Shown one piece after another: positions 51,356-56,673 of a DNA stretch of 56,673 bases. Made by a program: the position numbers and the translations under genes. Every line of letters starts with the position of its first letter. The stretch's first letter is position 1. The DNA lies in IMG/VR virus record IMGVR_UViG_3300036794_000060, positions 1 through 56,673 of that record, one strand, 5' to 3'. This DNA is from a virus. Taxonomy: Duplodnaviria; Caudoviricetes. The notes below the pieces were generated by a model. It was given only the letters and a program-made list of their open reading frames with translations, searched no databases and was not told where the DNA came from.

Positions 51356-51778
51356 GTGACCAGCGTGACCCAAACCATCTCCGTTCCTCGCCAGCGCGGC
51401 CTCTCAGCCGGCGAGACCCGCATCGATCTTCTGCCGCTACAAGCATCTTTGCTGAGAATGACTCTCATCCGAAGCAGGGAACAAATCGATCTGTTCGACG
51501 ACAGGTTCGGCATCCTCGGCTGGTCGAACATGCAACTCGGCATCAACCGGTCCGCCGTCAGACTCTTGAACAAGCTTCACGACTCAGACGACGGTGCGGT
51601 CTTGACGATGACGAAGGAGGAACGGGAACATCTCCACACGATCCTCGCAATCGCGTTGGAGCAACCGGCGGCGTTCGGCGCGACAGATCGTGTGAAAACT
51701 GGGGTGGTGAAAACGTTCCTTCACCAGATGGAGATGATCCGCCGGAAACTACCGCCGAGAGGCGCCGGCTGCTACTAG
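51356..51778 (+). CDS. Hypothetical protein
   Basis: 140-aa ORF with AGGAAG RBS. Confidence 0.6.
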   Translation: MTSVTQTISVPRQRGLSAGETRIDLLPLQASLLRMTLIRSREQIDLFDDRFGILGWSNMQLGINRSAVRLLNKLHDSDDGAVLTMTKEEREHLHTILAIALEQPAAFGATDRVKTGVVKTFLHQMEMIRRKLPPRGAGCY

Positions 51779-51782
51779 ACGA

Positions 51783-51816
51783 AAGAGGAGCCACCTACGG
51801 GTGGCTCCTCTTCTTT
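51783..51816. terminator. Terminator between convergent gene blocks
   Basis: AAGAGGAGCCACC-N4-GGTGGCTCCTCTT followed by CTTT. Confidence 0.75.
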
Positions 51817-52434
51817 GCGCCATTGCTGGCGCTCACGGCGACGCTGACGACGTTTAAACACTACCTGGACACTCTTAGGCCACCGGCCGAAAACCCACTC
51901 GGGTGTTGGTCTCCAACCGCAATACCACGAATTCCAAAAATGACTAGCACCCAGCATCCTCGCCATCTTCAGCTCTCCTGATCCGCCGAGACACCCAACG
52001 GTAATGCCACCTGGCCAACAAATGTGGATCACGCCAGCTGTTACACATCGGCCGGTCAACACACTGACAACACCACAACGACCGATGACAACGCCACCGG
52101 CGCCTCAACACCCCGTCGAAAACCTGCGCCCGCGCGAGGCCGCCAAAAAACCGGTGGAACACACCCCACATGGCGGCCACGCTTACACGCGCAGCCAGCC
52201 GACGTTTACGACCCGGACCAGTCGGAACAAGATTCTCCGGGTCCTCATAGAACGCGCAAGCAGCCTCATCACGGTCATCGGGACCCTTCGACGGACCATG
52301 CTCACACATCACGACACGGAAAATTCCGACACTGATGAACATACAAAGTCTTATCGTCCGATTGGCACACACTCGGAAACCCACACACGGGACACGGAGT
52401 CTCGATCAACAACTCCCGAGCGAACAAACCCGTC

Positions 52435-55308
52435 TCACCGGTTAAGTTGGACTCGGAACGTGCCGCTTGCATCATTGCTCTCCTCCGACCAACTCACACC
52501 AGTACGAGAAAGGTTATACAAGCGCCACCGTTGACGACACTCGTCACATTCCCACAGACTGTCTCTGCCGGCGTGACGATCAGCAACATCTTCTTTAGAC
52601 GGCAGCGTACAGTCATGCAGCGGCGGGGAATCCGTAACCTCAACCCAACCCACAATACTCCTTACGGCATCGAGATACGGTAGGAGCCATCAGATAGTCG
52701 ACTACCCTCAACAACATCCTCCGAGTCACCATCGACCAGCCAACATGGGTGATCGATCGGCACACCCAACACAAACAATGCCATCATCCGAGCGAGACTT
52801 TCCTCCACATTCAATTCGTTCAAGATGTCTCCGCCGGGGGAGTAGAGGAACATGCGGAAACCGTCATCGAGCTTATCGAGTCTGATGAGGTGGCCGTCTG
52901 CTTCAATGCCGGTGCTGACCGGCTTCGATGAACTCATATCCTCTTTTTCTTCGGCGAGTTCTTGTTCGATCTCGCGGCGCCACAATTTTTCCTCGGCGAA
53001 ACGCATCTGCCGACGAGACCTCGACGTATCAGAACAATCAGGACCAGGTCCGCAACGACAGATAGGACACTGACCCACACCGGTTCGACCCAACAATCTC
53101 ACCGTTGATCCGCGGGGATATCATGTCGACCAGCGCGACGCCTCTTACCCAACTTCCGCCGAACAGCAAAAGGGTCACGAACCGCACGGCCGTGATCTTT
53201 AAATTTGTGTGGTTTACACAGTTGGCATCCACGCCACCTGCGATGCGAGGAGTGAGCCATCAATCATTCCGAGCGACAAGAAAATGCTCCCCGACCGGCA
53301 ACACCGCGAACAAACCATCATCATCCCAATAGAAACGAGCGCCGAACCCCACCCACGCATTGTGAGACTGACCGTGACCCGCTTCATACGTACATTGAAT
53401 CTGATGTGTCTCGCCGTCTCGGGTGAGGATCGGACCAGCCGACTGACACCTCGGGGTACCGGCTTTTATGTCACGCCGGGTGATACGTATCTCGGGTTTC
53501 TCAGAGTCCATATCTTAATCATCCCAGAAACTCGGCATCCGACCACCATTGTAGCCGGGGACACCATCCACGCCGTGGTGGAATCAGAAGACATGCCACT
53601 CCATGTCCTCGTCCTCCCGACGAGCAAGCTCCTCGTCCACCAGGACCCGAAGCTCTTCACGTTCACGGGTACGCTGGTTGCGGCGATACTCTGAATCGTC
53701 ATTCCTGCGGTCGCTACCACGACACTGCCGACAGCGACACACCCACCACCTACCGCCAGGAGTGTTACGAAGCATCTTCGCCATAATCCTCGAACCGCCG
53801 AACACCCTCAAAGAACGAACGCCTAGCAGCCTCAACCAAATCTTCGTCCGTGGACTCTTCGAACCGTTCAGGATCAGCAGCGATAGCCGCCAACGCCTTC
53901 TCACGGAACTGCTCAGCGAGACTCATCTCAGTCGTCCTCAGACACTGTGGTAGATTTCTCGACCCCACCGGCGCTGGTACTTAGACCACTTCGGAATCTT
54001 CGGCTCCTCGGCGAACTTCACATCACTACGCCGCCTATGCAGCTGCGACTTCGCATCCGACAAAGTTTTCGGCCGCGGACCGGGACCGTTACAGCCACAC
54101 GAATCAAACGTGATCCCCGCCGCCACCAGCATGTCAACCTTCCGCCACTGGGATTCATTCCCCCGCCGCGGAGCCTTAAAATCGTGACCCAAATCAACCA
54201 TCAACCCACCGCAATGAGGACAGTGAACATTCGGCTCACGCCAGTAGGCTCCCCAATGCTTAGCGGTGAACCGACACGGCAGACACGCAAAATGTGTTTT
54301 CGACGGGTGCATTGAGTAGCGACACATCAGGATTTTCCCCTCAGCCACTCGCGGAGGATGCAAAAAAACCAGAAGTCAGGCATACTTGGCGCATGTGTAA
54401 CATCTACACTTCGGATCAGCCGCCAACGGTTTGAACTCCGGACACTCAGAACCGTGAGCGTCGCGGAGAATTTTCCCACACGCCGAACACACATACTCGT
54501 GGCGGCAATCATAATGCCACTCGTTCCGCGGCACCCAACGACGCTCACCAGCAACAACGTCCCACCGGTGCTGGGTCTCCCAGCCGCAAATCCCCCGAAG
54601 ATTCTCCCGACCATACCTGGCCAGCATGTACTGACCCCACTTGCTCAACCTGATCTCAGGCTGATGAACCACCCCGGGTTTCCCCCGACACCACTTCCGA
54701 GTGTTCTTCCGCGAACGATGCGGCGCAGACTCCGGAGCCAACACCCGAGCCTCATCAAGTTTCGGCTTAGTGTCCCACCCATCGTATGCGTGACCCATAC
54801 ATCACCTCAACATCGGTCGACCCGTGACCTTCTCCCATATCGCATCATCATCAAACGTCACACGCTCAACAACCTTGCGATAACGCTTATCATGCTGGAA
54901 GTCGTAACACATCCACAGCTCAAGCCGCAGCCGCCACAGAAACGTACACGTCCCATCGCCATGAGACTTCACCGAAGGACGACCGTTCCCCGGCTCAAAC
55001 CAACGCGGCTTATGCAAATCCAGCCAATACAAAATTTGGCCGACCACATAATGCCACAGTGGTTCAACAAACAGCTCCGCGCCACACGTATAGGTGATCT
55101 CACCCGTCTCCGAATCCTTACGACCACCGCTGTAGAGCTCGAACCCCTCGATTTTCATACCCCCGGGACAAGCACCCATGCTTCATCGGCGAGACGCTCA
55201 TGCTCCTCACACGACACCTGCTCACACTCCTCAAACGGCAACTCACAGATAGAACAATGAGTGTCATACCATTCGCGGAGCGACCGAATCTCTTCCTGCC
55301 ACTGTGTC
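52435..55308 (-). other. Run of small Cys-rich hypothetical genes downstream of the tRNA cluster
   Basis: ORFs 52435-52653, 52662-53102, 53260-53511, 53584-53784, 54376-54798, 54802-55179. Confidence 0.6.
53938..54327 (-). CDS. Zn-binding hypothetical protein
   Basis: ACLPCR...CPHCGG.M.DLGHDFKAPR...W.KV...G..FDSCGC. Confidence 0.75.
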   Translation of the reverse strand: MCRYSMHPSKTHFACLPCRFTAKHWGAYWREPNVHCPHCGGLMVDLGHDFKAPRRGNESQWRKVDMLVAAGITFDSCGCNGPGPRPKTLSDAKSQLHRRRSDVKFAEEPKIPKWSKYQRRWGREIYHSV

Positions 55309-55422
55309 ATTCAGATACCCGTCACGTGGGTCAGCCGGTGAGTTAAATGCCGGGACGGTCGGCCTGGGGAAAGGAGGAAAGCGCAGGCGGTCCGTCCCGG
55401 CAAGCTTCAGTATAGCAGAACG

Positions 55423-55494
55423 ATCTCCCACCAGGATTCGAACCTAGATCCTCGGGACCAAAACCCGATCTGCTGCCAGTTGCACCATGGGAGA
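55423..55494 (-). tRNA. tRNA-Gln(UUG)
   Basis: Acceptor TCTCCCA/TGGGAGA; anticodon arm TCGGG-TTTTGGT-CCCGA; GGTTCGAATCC. Confidence 0.9.
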
Positions 55495-55495
55495 G

Positions 55496-55574
55496 TGGGG
55501 TGAGTGACGGGACTTGAACCCGCTAGTGACCAGGTTCACAACCTGGCGCCGCGGCCACTTTGGCTTCGCTCACC
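55496..55574 (-). tRNA. tRNA-His(GUG) with encoded G-1 and CCA
   Basis: CCAGG-TTGTGAA-CCTGG; GGTTCAAGTCC; ends CCCA. Confidence 0.9.
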
Positions 55575-55590
55575 ATGTAGTTGTCGAACG

Positions 55591-55663
55591 CTTCCCCACA
55601 AGGACTCGAACCTCGATTAACTGGACCAGAACCAGTCGTCTTGCCAAATTAAACGACAGGGAA
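55591..55663 (-). tRNA. tRNA-Gln(CUG)
   Basis: ACTGG-TTCTGGT-CCAGT; GGTTCGAGTCC. Confidence 0.9.
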
Positions 55664-55666
55664 ACA

Positions 55667-55926
55667 GCAGAACGGCGAGACAACACCGGTTCATTACGCC
55701 GGACTCGCCGCTCCGCATCGAACGGAGACATGCGGAGAGCAAGCTCTCCCGCCATCCTCCACCACCCACCCCGCCAGGATGGGAGACCGTCGACACCGAT
55801 AATCCGGACTCGACGATCCTTCGAACAGGCCAGCTTGCGCCGGGCGCCACCACCCACCCCGCCAGAGTGGGAGGAAAGGCGAGACAACACCGGTATGCCA
55901 GCCGGACTCGCCTTCCCCTTCAAACA
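55667..55926 (-). ncRNA. Three tandem imperfect copies of a structured RNA motif
   Basis: GTTYGAW-stem(CGAGTCCGG...CGGTG)-[CCCAYYC-TGGCG-GGGTGGG-TGGTGG]; stems vary in sequence yet keep pairing. Confidence 0.65.
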
Positions 55927-55980
55927 AACCACTCAACCTCAACAACATTGCGCCGTCACCCTTCGGAGGGTGACACGTCT

Positions 55981-55990
55981 AGTGTACCAC
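55981..55990 (-). promoter_or_regulatory. Extended -10 promoter upstream of the RNA repeats and tRNAs
   Basis: GTGG-TACACT on the minus strand followed by hairpin GTCACCCT-CCGA-AGGGTGAC. Confidence 0.55.
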
Positions 55991-55996
55991 GAAAGC

Positions 55997-56455
55997 TCAG
56001 GCCACTTCCGACCAGTGGTCGTTGCAGGCATGGCGTAGCGTGGTCGGGTTCACTCCGAGCTGCTCAGCCAGTTGACGCCACGTATACGCGCCAGTGGCGT
56101 AGCTCGCACGCGCCTGTTGAACCAGTTGAGAGGTCAAGACCGAGCCGGGGTTCTTTTCACCGGCGAATCGGACAGCAAACTCGGCGTTCGTCTTCACGCG
56201 ATGGCATGAGTGGCAACGGACCACACATTTCGCCAGCTCGACATCCCGTCGGGACTGTGACCAACTCCAGACCTTATGGTCGACCTTTTCCGTGTAGTCA
56301 CGGTGATCAACTTCAAGTCTCTCCGTAGAACCACAGTCAACACATGGACCATTCGCAGACAACCAAGCCTGACGACGCTTTCTCATCCAATTACGCTGGT
56401 ACTCACGCTGCGCTTCACGTGTACGCATCGGCATACGATCAGTCTGCTCCTTCAC
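55997..56455 (-). CDS. HNH endonuclease with C-terminal HTH, inside the tRNA cluster
   Basis: CVDCGS..RLEVDH...KCVVRCHSCHRVKT; GEKNPGSVLT; WRQLAEQLGVNPTTL. Confidence 0.9.
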   Translation of the reverse strand: MKEQTDRMPMRTREAQREYQRNWMRKRRQAWLSANGPCVDCGSTERLEVDHRDYTEKVDHKVWSWSQSRRDVELAKCVVRCHSCHRVKTNAEFAVRFAGEKNPGSVLTSQLVQQARASYATGAYTWRQLAEQLGVNPTTLRHACNDHWSEVA

Positions 56456-56461
56456 AATGTG

Positions 56462-56533
56462 AGCCCCCGGGAGGAATCGGACCCCCGACCAGCTTATTAC
56501 AAGTAAGCTGCTCTACCACTGAGCTACAGAGGC
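56462..56533 (-). tRNA. tRNA-Thr(UGU)
   Basis: TAGCTCAGTGGTAGAGC D arm; GCTTA-CTTGTAA-TAAGC; T-loop TCCGATT. Confidence 0.88.
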
Positions 56534-56551
56534 AAATCTCGGCTGATCACG

Positions 56552-56621
56552 AGACGATGACGGGAGTCGAACCCGTAATGCGACAGCTTTGCAGGCCACG
56601 CCAGCACCATGCCACATCGCC
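56552..56621 (-). tRNA. tRNA-Cys(GCA), atypical D arm
   Basis: GGCGATG/CATCGTC acceptor, U73, loop CTGCAAA, GGTTCGACTCC. Confidence 0.7.
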
Positions 56622-56625
56622 ACTG

Positions 56626-56673
56626 TACCGAGAGAAGGACTCGAACCCTCGCGCCGCTGCGTGTAAAGCAGCT
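56626..56673 (-). tRNA. tRNA-Val(UAC), 5' part outside the window
   Basis: GCTGC-TTTACAC-GCAGC; GGTTCGAGTCC. Confidence 0.85.

Noticed and set aside
54358-55260. 300-aa plus-strand ORF
   Set aside because: Antisense to two coherent minus-strand genes within a minus-strand block
55667-55926. CRISPR mini-array
   Set aside because: Units are imperfect and covarying rather than identical repeats with unique spacers; no cas genes
1-56673. Stop-codon reassignment, retron or diversity-generating retroelement
   Set aside because: Long genes are intact in the standard code, no suppressor tRNA is present, and no reverse transcriptase motif was seen

Overview
This window is a 56.7-kb piece of a large tailed (siphovirus-type) phage genome, almost certainly infecting an actinomycete (Lsr2, Rpf, ClpC1-NTD and Rv2179c-like genes; GG-TANNNT promoters). 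Bases 1-19.4 kb (minus strand) carry the virion module: TerL, an intein-containing portal, MuF-like protein, protease/scaffold, capsid, connectors, major tail, a -1 frameshifted tail chaperone, tape measure and minor tail genes. A ~19-kb plus-strand block (19.4-38.5 kb) separates TerL from a TerS-like gene. It holds many small genes, EndoVII-type nucleases, a promoter-driven ~400-nt highly base-paired noncoding region, and an array of small genes each preceded by a long covarying hairpin. It ends in a DUF3631 gene, short direct repeats and a serine resolvase. Bases 42-49.5 kb carry host-physiology genes (exoribonuclease, DUF1003, 3D-like protein, Rpf-LysM, stand-alone ClpC N-domain, papain-like protease). 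The right end is a tRNA cluster interrupted by an HNH gene and three tandem copies of an unrecognised structured RNA motif. The best candidates for an undescribed system are the RNA elements at 26.8-35.4 kb and 55.67-55.93 kb. All family calls come from motif recognition by eye; no searches or folding programs were run.
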